From contig OX597820.1 in the NCBI GenBank assembly GCA_951406725.2, forward strand, positions 66,650,001-66,714,000: 64,000 nt of DNA, read 5' to 3'. Shown here piece after piece: positions 25,984-38,981 of the stretch. Under the pieces are notes generated by a model. It saw nothing but the letters and a program-made list of their open reading frames with translations. It was not told the DNA's origin and did no database searches. Position 1 is the stretch's first letter; each line of letters begins with the position of its first letter. Position numbers and translations under genes: made by a program. This DNA comes from Octopus vulgaris (Eukaryota).

Positions 25984-26320
25984 AGACCCCCTTCGGTCAC
26001 AACACAGACCATGGGATTGCACCTAGAAAGTTACCCTCCAAGACACAAGTCCGGGCGAGGTTGTTTATGGAAGACCAGCAGTCGCCCATGCATACCAGCC
26101 TCCCCTCTCCACACCACCAGTGTTATCCAAGGGAAAGACAAAGGTCGATACAGCTTCGCACCAGTGACGTCGCAACTCATTTCTACAGCTGAGTGAACTG
26201 GAGCAACGTGAAATAAAGTGTCTTGCTCAAGAACGCAACACGCAGCCTGGTCCGGGATTTGAGCTCACAACCTCACGATCGTAAGCTCGACACTCTAACC
26301 ACTGAGCCATGCGCCTTCAC
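25984..26320 (-). mobile_element. SINE family D, full length and young
   Basis: GTGAAGGCGCATGGCTCAGTGGTTAGAGTGTCGAGCTTACGATCGTGAGG tRNA-like head, TTCTTGAGCAAGACACTT core; CpGs retained. Confidence 0.9.
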
Positions 26321-26859
26321 TCCTATATAGGCTTATACAATAGACCCAAAAGTGCTCCCACTTAGCTATGCTACTGCATGGCTATGAAACCTTTTGGAAG
26401 GCTCTCGTGATCAGTACTGATGTGGGTGAAACAACAGCAACAGCAATAACAACATCAACGACAACTTGAATTTTGAAAAAGACAGTCGGCTTTAGAGGGG
26501 TTTGAACCCAGAATCACTTCGTATCAAGCTAGGTACACGAATGCCATCTACTCTGATGTTCTGTTATTGTCTGCAATCTTTAATCTACCAGCTGTTTAAA
26601 AATAGGAATGTAATTGCATGAACAAAAAGTTCAACAGGGAAAATTCTGTTGTCAGTTAGAACAAGTTATGATTGCTTGTGAATATATTTGTCTTGCTCTA
26701 TATAGAGGATGATGACGATGAGTGTGTGTGTATGAGCATGCTTTTATTGTCTGTGTTTAAATGCTAATAGGTGTATGTGTAGAGAAAAACAAAGCAAAAC
26801 AGATTCACATGTTCCTGAAGATATAATTCAATATATGAATGCATACAATTTTTATAAGT

Positions 26860-27202
26860 ATGCGTATGCATTTGTATGTGTGTATCTGCACATACATACA
26901 CACGCGCATAAATATATATATGTATGTATGTATGTATATATGTATGTATATATGTATATATATATGTATGTATATATGTATGTATGTATATATGTATATT
27001 TATATATATATATATATATATGTGTGTATATATGTATATATGTGTATGTGTGTATGTATATATGTATATATATGTATGTATGTATATATGTATGTATGTA
27101 TATATGTATGTATATATGTATGTATGTATATATGTATATATATATGTATGTATGTATATATGTATATATATATATATATGTATGTATATATATATGTATG
27201 TA

Positions 27203-27241
<39 letters not shown>

Positions 27242-27267
27242 ATATATATGTATGTATATATGTATAT

Positions 27268-27303
<36 letters not shown>

Positions 27304-27308
27304 GTATG

Positions 27309-27360
<52 letters not shown>

Positions 27361-27370
27361 CATATATGAA
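26860..27370. repeat. Compound (TA)n/(TATG)n microsatellite
   Basis: Seen directly. Confidence 0.95.
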
Positions 27371-28759
27371 GACATGCACACCAATTCATATACAGCTGTG
27401 TGTGTATGCATATACCAGTTATTTAATGTTTGTGTATAAACATTTGAAAACACAAACATACACACACTCACGCACACACACACACACACATATACGTACA
27501 CACATGTATAAAATATGAGGACAACGAAATATTTATTTCTCTAATACAACAGTGTGCATTTGTGCGAAAGTCTTTACGAAGGATCAATAGACTTTAGAAC
27601 AATTCAGAGATAACATAACATAATAGAATAAAATAATATAATGTAAACAAAATGACATCTGAAAATTAATCAACGTTTAGATATTAAAATATACATGGAT
27701 GTATGTATATTTTTTCCTGGACATAATTATGTTTCCAGTAGACGCATATATATACAAAAAAATACACACACACACACACATGCTCTATACCATAATACAT
27801 ACAAATGTTTCCTTTGTCAGCAGGCAGCAAAAATGAAATTCTTTGAAATATACTGATTTATATAGCCTTGTAGTTTACATTAAGCAAAACGGAGTTATTT
27901 CATAAACAAAAGCTGCAAAGCTGAAGCTGCGTAAAATCTAAAAAATTGTCTACCACATTTACTACTGGATGTATATAGATATTATAGTTATGTTATGTAC
28001 ATGGTATGTTCATTAGTATATATATATATATATATATATGAGTGGGTGTATGTATGTATTATTATTATCTCGTTAAACATTGAGGATGAACTGAATGCAA
28101 CAGTGTTATGTCTCAACAAGCAATTATGCAATACTGGTAGTGAGTTTGCAGAAACATGTATGTGCTTTATAAAGCTTAAGATACCACATATGTTTTCTTT
28201 ATTTTTATTAATACTATCTATCTATATGTCTGTCTGTCTGTCTGTCTGTTTGTCTATCTATCTATCTCTCCATCTATCTATCTATCTGTCTGTCTGTCTG
28301 TCTGTCGTCTTTCTTTTCACACAGCAGGGTACCCTCCAGCCTATAAAATTTTCACTGCTCTCATGGCATTCACTTTCTGCTTCTCTCCTCTCCTTAGATC
28401 TTGACACCACCTCAACATCCTACACCTCTCTTTCCTTCAGTCACTCTCTCCAGATCCTTATGACTTTTATCTGTCCCTCTCTTTCATGTTCCCTTTCTCT
28501 CACACCTTGTTCCCATATTCCCCTTTAAAATATGGGACAGCACTGGATCACTCCCTCCTACCACCACCACACCTGCCCTTACTACTCTGTCACTCCCTTT
28601 CTCAATAACCCCTAACACTAATCTTTTCCCTTCTGTTCTCCTTTCCTCATAAATATCTACACTTTTACTCTCTCCACTGGCCCCTACCACCCTCACATAA
28701 ATTTGGTTAAAAAGGGACAATGAGCAATGGCTAGTAGAATATTCTTTTCTACTCTGGTT

Positions 28760-28958
28760 CCTATGCCAGTGGCACGTAAAAAGCACCCCCTACACTCTCA
28801 GAGTAAATGTTGTTAGGAAGGGCATCCATCTGTAAAAACTCTGGCAGACCACATTGGAGCCTGATGCAGCCGTTGGCTCTCCAGACTGCAGTCAAACCGT
28901 CCAACCCATGCCAGCATGGAAAATGGACGTTAATTGATGATGACGATGATGATGATGA
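28760..28958 (+). mobile_element. Family C 3' end
   Basis: gtggcacgtaaaaagcacc...ttaggaagggcatcc...ccaacccatgccagcatggaaaatggacgttaa(GAT)n. Confidence 0.85.
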
Positions 28959-28959
28959 C

Positions 28960-29154
28960 TCTAAGCACAAGGCCTGAAATTTTGAGGTAGGGTGCCAGTT
29001 ATTCAGATCAACCTCAGTACGCAGCTGATACCCAACCGAAAGGATGAAAGGCGAAGTCATCCTCGACGGAATTTGAACTCAGAGCGTAAAGACAGATGAA
29101 ATACCGCTAAGCATTTTGCCCGGTGTGCTAACATTTCTGCCAGCTCACTGCCTT
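28960..29154 (-). mobile_element. SINE family B
   Basis: Homologous to 60332-60549. Confidence 0.85.
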
Positions 29155-29180
29155 AATAGCTAGAAGAATATTGATCTAGC

Positions 29181-29305
29181 AACTTTGCCAGATCAGATTG
29201 GAGCCTGGTGTGGCCTCCTGGCTTGCCATTCCCCAGTCAAACCATCCAACCCATGCCAGCATGGAAAACGGACATTAAAGAATGATGATGATGATGATGA
29301 TGATG
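29181..29305 (+). mobile_element. Family C 3' end
   Basis: gccagatcagattggagcctgg...(GAT)n. Confidence 0.8.
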
Positions 29306-29647
29306 ATATATAACAGACCAACTGTTCAGTTTGGCACTATCTCTCTCTCGCTAAATCTTCTTTGTTACAAACTAAACTGGAATGTCTGATAACTGATAAA
29401 TATGTGTAACAAGCCTGTATGTCTGCCTGCCTGTCTGTCTGTGTCTCTGTTTACCTGAAGACAATCACACTTCACACCTGCCTGTCTGTGTTATTAAAGC
29501 AATCATTGGAATATTTTATCAATGTATACATAGATATGAATGTTCTAAACTATGTGTAGATAGATAGTTGTTGGTGTGAAGAAATTAATTAACAAGTGTG
29601 GCTAATTCATGGATATCACCTGCTTGGATCATTTATTATTATTGATA

Positions 29648-29709
<62 letters not shown>

Positions 29710-29718
29710 GCTGTTGTT

Positions 29719-30050
29719 AAGGCAGCAAGCTGGTAGAATCGTTAGCATGCTGGACAAAATGCTAAGCGTTATTTCTCCCATCGCTATGTTCTGAGTTCAA
29801 ATTCCACCGGGGTCGATGAAATAACACTGGAGTTGATGTGAGCAACTCATCTCCTCCCCCAAATTTCAGGCCTTGTGTTTGTTGTAGTAAGGATTAGTGT
29901 TGCTGTTGTTGTTGTTGTTGACGTTGGCGAGCTGGCTGAATGGTTAGCATGCTAGACAAACTGCTTTATATATTGAGTTCAAATTCTACCAAAGCCGACT
30001 TTGTCTTTAATCCTTTAAGGGTCAAACGCTGAGGTCAATGTAATCAAGTA
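29719..30050 (+). mobile_element. Two head-to-tail SINE B copies
   Basis: Heads at about 29719 and 29925; further copies at about 30231-30412 and 30557-30710. Confidence 0.75.
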
Positions 30051-30051
30051 G

Positions 30052-30208
30052 TTCAACCTACACAAGTTAATGTGGGGAAAAACAAAATGGGAACTTTGAA
30101 AGAAGTTTCTATAAAACTATTATCTAGACATCGAATGGCTATGGGGATCCACCAGAATAAAATAACAATCTAAAGGGTCCATAGATAAAAAATGGTTGAG
30201 AACCCCTG
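30052..30208. mobile_element. hAT/Charlie-type MITE right end
   Basis: Matches 47230-47384 and ends ggttgagaacccctg. Confidence 0.75.
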
Positions 30209-31019
30209 CTATAACAGAAAGGATTGTTGTTAAGGTGACAAGCTGGCAGAATCGTTAGCACGCTGGGTGAAATGCTTAGCAGCATTTCATTCGTTTTTAT
30301 ATTCTGAGTTCAAACTCCAACGAGGTCGACTTTGCTACCAGTTGCATATTGGGGTCATTATAATCAGCCTATGCCTTCCCGCAAAACTGCTGGCTTGTGC
30401 CAGAATTTGAGACCATCACATCATCACCATCATTATCATCATCATTGTCATCATTATCATCATCGCCATCATCATCATCATCATCATCTTCATAATCTTC
30501 ATTGCCATCATCATCATCATCATCATCATCAGTAGTAGTAGTAGTAATTAATTATTGAGGTGGTGAGTTGGCAGAAAAGTTAGTGTGTCATACAAATGTT
30601 TTATAGTATCCCTTCTTTACAATCTGGGTTCAACTTAGCATTTCACATTTCTGGTGGGTAGTGGGGTCGATAAAATAAAAAGCACCAACCACATACGGGT
30701 TTTCGATGCAACCATCATTTCCCCAACCACCAAAAAAAAAAAGGTGGGGGGAACACAAAAAAAACTTGGAAGCCTTATATATTTATGTTAGAAACAATTA
30801 TTGTTTATAATTAACTGTAAAGATCTTGGTTGCTGTTGCTTCATATTTGTTCTCCTCCGATGTTTGTGTGTGTCCTTATGTAGCAATGTGTGTGTGTGTG
30901 TGTCTTTGTATGTGTGTGTGTGTGTCTGTATGTGTGTGTCTTTGTTAATTCTGATAATGGCTCTTACAACACTAGTCATGTTTCTTTTGAATTTCAAAAT
31001 CATTAGAGTGTTTATGAGT

Positions 31020-31620
31020 GCTTATATATGTATGTGTGTATATATGTGTGTGTGTGTGTGTGCATAAGTGTGTGTGTGCATAAGTGTGTATATGTATATA
31101 TATATGTGTGTGTGTGTGTGTCTATGGGTGCTTGTGTATGTATGTGTATGTGCATAAGTGTGTATATGTGTTTGTGTGTGTGCGTGTGTCTGGGTGCTTG
31201 TATATGTGTGTGTGTGTATGTATGTGTGTGTGTGTTTGTGTATGTGTGTGTATGTGCATAAGTGTGTATATGTGTGTGTGTGTGTGTCTATGGGTGCTTG
31301 TTTATGTGTGTATGTACGTATATATGTGTGTGTATGTGTATATGTGCATATGTATATGTGTGTGTGTATATGGATGCTCATATATGCATGTGTGTGTGTA
31401 TGTGTGTTAAACAATGTTGATGATGATGATGGTGGTGGTGGTGATATGGATGTGTGTCTTTGTGTGTATGTATATGTGTGTGTGTATATATATATATATG
31501 CATACATCTAGATATAAACCTCTGTGTATGTGTGTGTGTGTGTATGTATGTATATGTATATATATATATGCACAAGTGTATGTATGTGTATATAGATATA
31601 CATGCATGTAGGCATGTATG
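31020..31620. repeat. (TG/TA)n tract with higher-order repeats
   Basis: Recurring gtgcataagtgtgtatatg and tgggtgcttg landmarks. Confidence 0.9.
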
Positions 31621-32401
31621 TATATAAATATATGTACACGTGTCTATCTATATGTGCATGCGGGTGCATCTGTGTGTGTGCATACACGTGTTCACACGCA
31701 CAAGTTTCGGTTTTGTTCTTTCTCCAAGAAAGAAAAATTAATTTCCAGTGTGTTTAAATTAGAAGTAATTGTTGTGTACACAGAATCAGTTCTCAACAAT
31801 AATTCTTCTTCTTCTTCTTGTCATTCTTATCTGTATTGTTTTATAATAGCTCAGCTCTCAGCTTTATTTTTTTTTTCTCTCTCTTTATGGTGCCATATTG
31901 GTATTGTTAAGTCTTTAAACAACAACACTAATTTTTCTTCTCTTAACAATACTTGTTGACTGATTTCTCTTGTTTCTCTTGACATTGTTATTGTTGCTAT
32001 TCTAGTTGGTGTTGTTATAAGAACATTGTACTTATTACCATTGTTGTTGTTGTTGGTGGTGGTGCTGCTGTTGTTGTGTATTTGTGAACAATATTTGATA
32101 TATAACTAAGTTGTGAACAACACTAAATTCAGTTGTAACTGTTGTTTATCATAGTTTTATTTTTATTATTATTATCATTATTATTATTATTATTATTATT
32201 AATAATATTGTTATTGTTATTATTATCATCATCATCATTATTATGCTAGCATGGAAAACGGACGCTAAACGATGATGATGATGATGATGATTATTATTAT
32301 TATTATTATCTTTTAATTGTTGTTGTTCTTCTTGTATAGATAAATCAGTTCTTGGCTTCCGTTGTTCTTGTTGTGTTTGTAATATCATCAATGCAGTCAA
32401 C

Positions 32402-32435
<34 letters not shown>

Positions 32436-32819
32436 TCATCGTCATTGTGGTGTTTGTGTCCACTTTTTACTCTGCTGGTTATAACTTATGAAGACAACAT
32501 TCTCAAAGAGAGCCAACACAAGAATTCTTAGCAGAATCATCACAGAAGGAAGATTTAAGATTAGTAGGTCACATACTTTGGCTCCCAGTTGTTCTAGAAC
32601 GGCCTTTCAAATGGATACCAGAAGGAAAAGTGGAGGTATATGGCTTAGTGGTTAGGGTGTTTAGTGATTAGTAAAGGTGGTGAGATGGCAGAAACGTTAG
32701 CACGCCAGGCGAAATGCTTAGCAATATTTCATCTGTCCTTACGTTCTGCTCAGCAATGGCCTCTAGCCGCAACTTCAAACACAACATCAATAACGAACAT
32801 CAACAACAACACATACCAT

Positions 32820-33312
32820 TCTTTTCTACTCTAGGCACAAGGTCTGAAATTTTGGGGGTGAGGGGTGGGGGTCAGTCGATTAGATCATCCCCAGGCACAG
32901 GAGTGGCTGTGTGGTACGTAGCTTACTTACCAACCACATGGTTCTGGGTTCAGTCCCTTCTTCTATATATATATATATATTTCTTTATTGCCCACAAGGG
33001 GCTAAACATAGAGGGGACAAACAGGGACAAAGTCGTTTACATCGACCCCAGTGCGAAACTGGTACTTTATTTATCGACCCCGAAAGGATGAAAGGCAAAG
33101 TTGACCTCGGCGGAATTTGAACTTAGAATGTAGCGACAGACGAAATACCGCTAAGCACTTCGCCCAGTGGGCTAACGATTCTGCCAATAGCCTCAGGCAC
33201 AGAATTTCACTGGTACTTAACCTATTGTCCCCGAAAGGATGAATGGTAAAGTCAATCTCGACAGAATTTGAACTCGGAACGTAAAGAGAGACAAAATACT
33301 GCTGAGCATTTC
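32820..33312 (-). mobile_element. Nested cluster of SINE B pieces with a SINE A head (+, 32894-32958)
   Basis: aaaggatgaaaggcaaag...gaatttgaact motifs repeated at about 33083 and 33234. Confidence 0.8.
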
Positions 33313-33718
33313 ACACCTCCACCATTACAATGACGACCACCACAACTTCCCAATGAACTGAAGTGGGGTCGCCAGGTAAAGAATAGAGGTATGATGTAAT
33401 TTTCTCATGTTCTTAGCTAAATGCAGTGGCTGGTGCTGCTATTATTACTGACATACTAAAAGTACTTTTGGCAATAATGTCTCCCTGCTATCCATGTCCA
33501 CTGAGACGGTCATAATAGCAACACAGTGGTGTAAGAGGACTTGGGAGAGTGGGGTGGGGTAATGGGATTCTGGTGGGTGGACGAGGCAAGATAAATGGTT
33601 CAGGTTTCTTTATTAGTATTTTCGTGACTATTTAAGTACATAACTCCTGGCTTCCATTCTGGCTCTGAAAATTTATGGTCGTCTGTCTTCTGCTCTTATT
33701 GCTTTGCATTTGGTGCAT

Positions 33719-33774
<56 letters not shown>

Positions 33775-34867
33775 CATATATAACCACACATGTGTATATA
33801 TAATACACACAAACATGTGTGTATGTCTATATATATATATAGACACACACACATACACACACTTATGTATATCATGTATATGTGTGTGTTATAAAATACT
33901 TTCTCACTCTCTCACTCATTCTTTCTCTCTATCTCTCTCTTTCTCTCTCTCTGTATATATATATACACATACATACACACACACACGCACACACACACAC
34001 ACACACATAAATATGCATGCACGTAAACCAGTTCATCACTATCGCAATTTACATATTGAGTTCCTTCCAAATCTAGATTTATGTCTTCGAATGCAGTGCT
34101 TATGTATTTGTGTGTGTGTGTGTATGTGTGTGTGTGTGTGTGAACTGAGGGTAAATATTTGACTTAAAATGTTCCATGCCCTCAGTATGTAGCCCTCCGA
34201 CTAGAGTACAGCTAGAGGGCAACCTATATGTAAACGCATGCATGTAAATAATACATATATAATGTGTGCGTGCATGCATGCGTGTGTGTGTACATACACA
34301 TATGTATACATACATATCAGGGTATACTGTATTCGGAGGGGGCAAGTTCACCAGGTACATAGGCATAAACACCCAAACCTCACACAAATTAGCATTGCTC
34401 TGATCTATGATGTTGACACTTGGCCATTTATTCTCTCTCTCTCTCCCTCCTCCCCCACTTTACATCACCTTTGTTCACCTCTTCCTTCTCCTCTTATCTA
34501 CCTCCCTTCTGTCCTACACCTGTTATATACACATGCATACACACATGTATATATATGTCTGTATGCTTATATGTACAACATGTGTGTATGCAATTATAAC
34601 ATTCTTTTTCTCTTTTGCTGCTGCTTTCTCTTACACAGTCTAAATGATTGTGGCCCATGCTGGATCTCCACTGTAAAAGGTTTGACCAATCATATGAATC
34701 CCAGTATTAATTTTCTTAATCTTGTGCCACTCGTTACTTTACAAGAACAGAAACAAACCAGTGCAGGTTGTCAACTAGTCACACACACACACACACACAT
34801 ACACACACACACACATGCACACTTATATGTAAGTGTGTATGTATGTATATATGCATATAAATGTGTT

Positions 34868-34903
<36 letters not shown>

Positions 34904-35118
34904 CATATATATTATATATATTGAGAAAAAAGTCGTCAGAATTTTGGAAAAGAAATATTCTTATTTCTTCATTATTATTAGCGCTTTCATTTGTTTCTCA
35001 AACTTGTCAGACAAAATTTTGTGAATGTACAAACAGCTTGTTCATTTATATAAAACAGATGTTTTGGCAGTGGCGGGGGATGGGGTAGAAGATGAGAACA
35101 TTATTTTTGAGTTTTTTT

Positions 35119-35153
<35 letters not shown>

Positions 35154-35154
35154 A

Positions 35155-35332
35155 AGGGAAAGTTTACGAAAATAAACAAAAGATGAAGGCAGGTGGTGTA
35201 CAAACAAACACATGTATTAGTATAGTGCTCAGGAATAGAAAAAGTCTTTTACGTTTCGAGCCTATGCTCTTCTACAGAAAAAACAAGGAGAGAAAAAAAA
35301 TGTGTATTGTAGCTAATGATCTATCATGGTGT
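35155..35332 (-). mobile_element. Probable Penelope-like element terminal-repeat fragment embedded in (TA)n
   Basis: Contains hammerhead-like CTGTAGA-A-GAGC(ATAG)GCTC-GAAACGTA on the minus strand; TA runs on both sides. Confidence 0.55.
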
Positions 35333-35761
35333 CATGTATATATATATATATTAAGGGAGCATACTGACTACGAGATATAATCATTAACGTGATTTTGTCC
35401 TTCAATTCTATTAATAATAATAATAATAATAATAATATATATATCCTAAATAGGAAGACAAAGAAATAGTGTATCACATCTTTAATGACCAATTACAATT
35501 GTTTCTGTACCAATTCTGTTTTTTAACACCATTGCATGCAAAAGCCCCAGAACTCTCAAACCAGGCCCCATCTCCCAGAGGCAGTTTAATGTCATGTGGT
35601 ACTTAATTCAATGGCAGCAGATGATAGCTTCCTTTTGTGTAATGGTTATCATGATCAAACATGTAGTTAGTCGGATACATAGTTTCATTCTGTTCACTCT
35701 TTTTTTCCATGCTTGTGAATGTAATTGAATGTTAACCAGCTATATTGTGTGTGTGTGTGTG

Positions 35762-36192
35762 TAATCTGTTTTATTTTGAGATTTCTTGCCAATAGAGAAA
35801 GACCCAGTTTCTAACCTAGATCCAAGGCTCCTTCGTTAGAATTTCAACATCAACAACAGAGTATTTTTGTCTGTCTGTATGTGCAGATTTGTATGTTTTT
35901 TTTTCATGTATGTATCCTCATGCATATAGTTACATATCTAGACATGCTCATACATATTTAAATGATAAGCTTTTGGAAAGTTTTACAGATTTTTACAGTT
36001 CCAGTAATTGATTGGATCTGTAGTTTTCAAATTAGCATTCTTCTTTCTGATTTTGAGAAGCTTAATTTCTCAAGATTGGTATTTAGGCAGTGTGTTACAT
36101 ATAGAGTGCCCCAATAATTACAGGTATGAACTTATAATCTGGATAAAGTAACATGCAGATTTCTCAATAGTTCAGTATAGGTATTTTCTTTT
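35762..36192 (-). mobile_element. RLE-type non-LTR retrotransposon (R4/Dong/NeSL-like) 3' end, frameshifted
   Basis: Minus translation across frameshifts KENTYTELLRNL/LLYPDYKFIPVIIGAL/YVTHCLNTNLEKLSFS...LQIQSITGTVKICKTFQK; the PVIIGAL(G) motif fits the restriction-like endonuclease C-terminus. Confidence 0.75.
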
Positions 36193-36214
36193 TTGTGCAT
36201 ATATATATATACAT

Positions 36215-36410
36215 ATGTATATGTGCAGATCTGTATGTTTTATGTATGTATTCTCATGCATATAGTTGTATATCTAGACATGTTCATATATATTTAAATG
36301 CTAAACTTTTGGAAAGTTTTGCAGATTTTACAGTTCCAGTGATGGATTGGATCTGTAATCTTTTGAATTAGCTTTCTCCTTTCTGATTTTGAGAAACCTA
36401 ATTCCTCAAA
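36215..36410 (-). mobile_element. Second, diverged partial copy of the same RLE element
   Basis: Aligns to about 35877-36073. Confidence 0.8.
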
Positions 36411-36429
36411 CGTATGTGTATCTACCACT

Positions 36430-36725
36430 TATTTCTGTCGTTGAACTGTGGCTATGCTGGAGCACCACTCTGAATGGATTTAGTCAAATAAATCACCACT
36501 AAGTTATGGGGACATAAACAAACCAACATTGGATGTCAAGCAGTGGTGGCAGAACAAACACAACAGGCTTCCACACAGTTTCTGCCTACCAAATTCACTC
36601 ATAAGTCAATCTCTGGAGCTATAGTAGAAAACACCTGTCCAAGGTACAGTCTACAGCGGGGACTGCACCCAAGACCTCATGACCTGCCAAATGGTCTTCT
36701 TAACCACACAGCCATACCTGCACCT
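36430..36725 (-). mobile_element. Degenerate SINE family A
   Basis: ctgtggctatgctggagcacc...taagttatggggacataaac...accaaattcactc. Confidence 0.7.
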
Positions 36726-37324
36726 ACTCATCCACAAACACAGCCCCTACCACACCACACCCCACACCTTACTCCCACCTGTGCTGTACAGTGAGCTGGA
36801 ACCCAGAACCATGCAGTTTCACAACTAGGCTTCTTAACCACACAGCTGTGCTTGTGTGTCTCCCCCCTCCCCATTCTTAGAAACATGTTCTTCCTAACCA
36901 GGACAGATTCCCATTTCTAACGCAGTAGACACTCCATTCCCACCTGATCTTTGGATTACATGAGAGAAAGTGTTTGCCACCCGCCACCCCACCCCACCCC
37001 ACCATTACACTCATCACAGCCTCATTTAGAGTTAACTTGGACTGAAAGGGTGGTGGGTGGCTGAATGACTGATAGGTAAGGTACCTGGAGTGGTGGGCGT
37101 GGGGGTGGTTGGTGGTGGTGGTGGGGTAGGTGATGAGGGACAGGTGGTCCGACTAGTTTCCTTATTATCTTGAGTGATGTTTGCTGAAATTTTGTTTACT
37201 CTTTGGAAAAAACCAGGTGTTTATAGAGTGTGTGTGTGTGTGCATGTGTGCGTGTGTGTGTCTTGTGTCCCTCTGTCAGTACCCTTCTCTTTCTTCCTCT
37301 GTCCCATCCTCTCATTCTTATTTG

Positions 37325-37589
37325 CATGTGTGTGTGTGTGAGTAGGTATATGTATATCTATATATGTTTATATATGTATATATGTCTATATATGCAATTA
37401 TATATGCATATATATATGTATGTATGTGTGTATATATGTGTGTGTGTCTGTATATATATATGTATGTATATATATGTGTGTGTGTATATATATATGTATG
37501 TATATATATATATATATATATACATATATATATACATACATATATATATATATACATACATATATATATATACATACATACATGTATAT

Positions 37590-37628
<39 letters not shown>

Positions 37629-37630
37629 CC
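37325..37630. repeat. Compound TA/TG/CA microsatellite
   Basis: Seen directly. Confidence 0.95.
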
Positions 37631-38617
37631 TGTATGTCTGACTGTGTTTATATATGTTTGCACACATATATACATATTTAAGACATCACACACAAGCACC
37701 ATGTTCCTACATGTGTGTGTGTGTGTGCAAGCAATGAATATTACACATTCCATTCTGATTGTTTGGGTGTGTGTATATATATATATACATTCACACACAC
37801 ATGCATGTACATATCTAATTCTATGTATGTGTGATTGTCGGCTCTATACAGACTGTCTCGCTTAAATGCTTACCTGACAGGTAAGACAACATCAAAATGA
37901 CTTAACATCTCTCTCTCTTTCTCTCCTCCCCCTCTCTCTCTTTCTCTGTGTATGTGCGCATAGATGTACATATCAGTGTGTACATGGGTGTGCACAGATG
38001 TACATGTCAGTATGTACGTGTGCACGCATGTGTGTGTATATATTTATACTTGTATGTATGTGTATATGTTTTTGTGTGTGCATGTATATGGATGTTGAAT
38101 TCAAAGTATCTGTCAGCAGTTTTGCATCTAATCCTTTTTACAACTTGTAAATAGGGGTCCTTTGAATTCTGGCCAAGTGAAACTTATTAAGGGCATGGGG
38201 TCTGAAGTGACAGCAGCTAAGGGCCAGGTGATGATTTAGGGTTAATATTGACACTGTCAAGGCTCCTTGTTCTCACTTCTTATCTCTTATCGTCTTTGTT
38301 TGTTTTTTGGGTTCTTTTTTTAATCTCCCTTTTTGTCCATCTCCACTCCCCATCAGCCCTCCACTGCTCTGTCTGACTTCAGAGTGCCTACTCTTGCATA
38401 CGCATGCATTCAAAAACTCACACAAACACACATAGACACATTCACACATACACATTCACATGCACGCTTAGATTCGCTTAGATGCACACAGACACACAAA
38501 GTTGAAATTACTGTTATATGTTGGAATAATGAAATTGTAATACATATATATATATATCTATATTCCCAGGGTTCATGGGAAAATGGGGTGGGGGCTCTAC
38601 ATTGTTGCTTAATTTGC

Positions 38618-38750
38618 TAGAGATAGATAGATAGGGACCGACAGACAGAAGGGTAGATAGACAAACAGACAGACATATGGGTAGATAGGCAGACAGACAC
38701 ACAGTCAGATTGATAGATAGATTGATAGACAGATATATATATATATATAT

Positions 38751-38805
<55 letters not shown>

Positions 38806-38912
38806 TATAGAGACAGACAGACAGATGGGTAGATCAATAGACAGACAAACACAGACATATGGGTAGATAGGCAGACAGGCACAAAGTCAGATTGATAGAT
38901 AGATAGATAGAC

Positions 38913-38981
<69 letters not shown>

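Noticed and set aside
26245-26320. tRNA-like sequences with A and B boxes (many places)
   Set aside because: They continue directly into SINE bodies and lack a complete acceptor stem; these are SINE heads, not tRNA genes
26764-27518. Long ORFs of 100-250 aa (also at 483, 3966, 15317, 34238, 37230, 38514, 42158, 54055, 58345)
   Set aside because: Translations of microsatellite or low-complexity DNA (YI, VC, HT, LSIY, poly-P/V repeats); no domain signal
33543-33566. Four G-runs (G-quadruplex motif); others near 37085-37140
   Set aside because: G-rich low-complexity patches are common here, with no functional context
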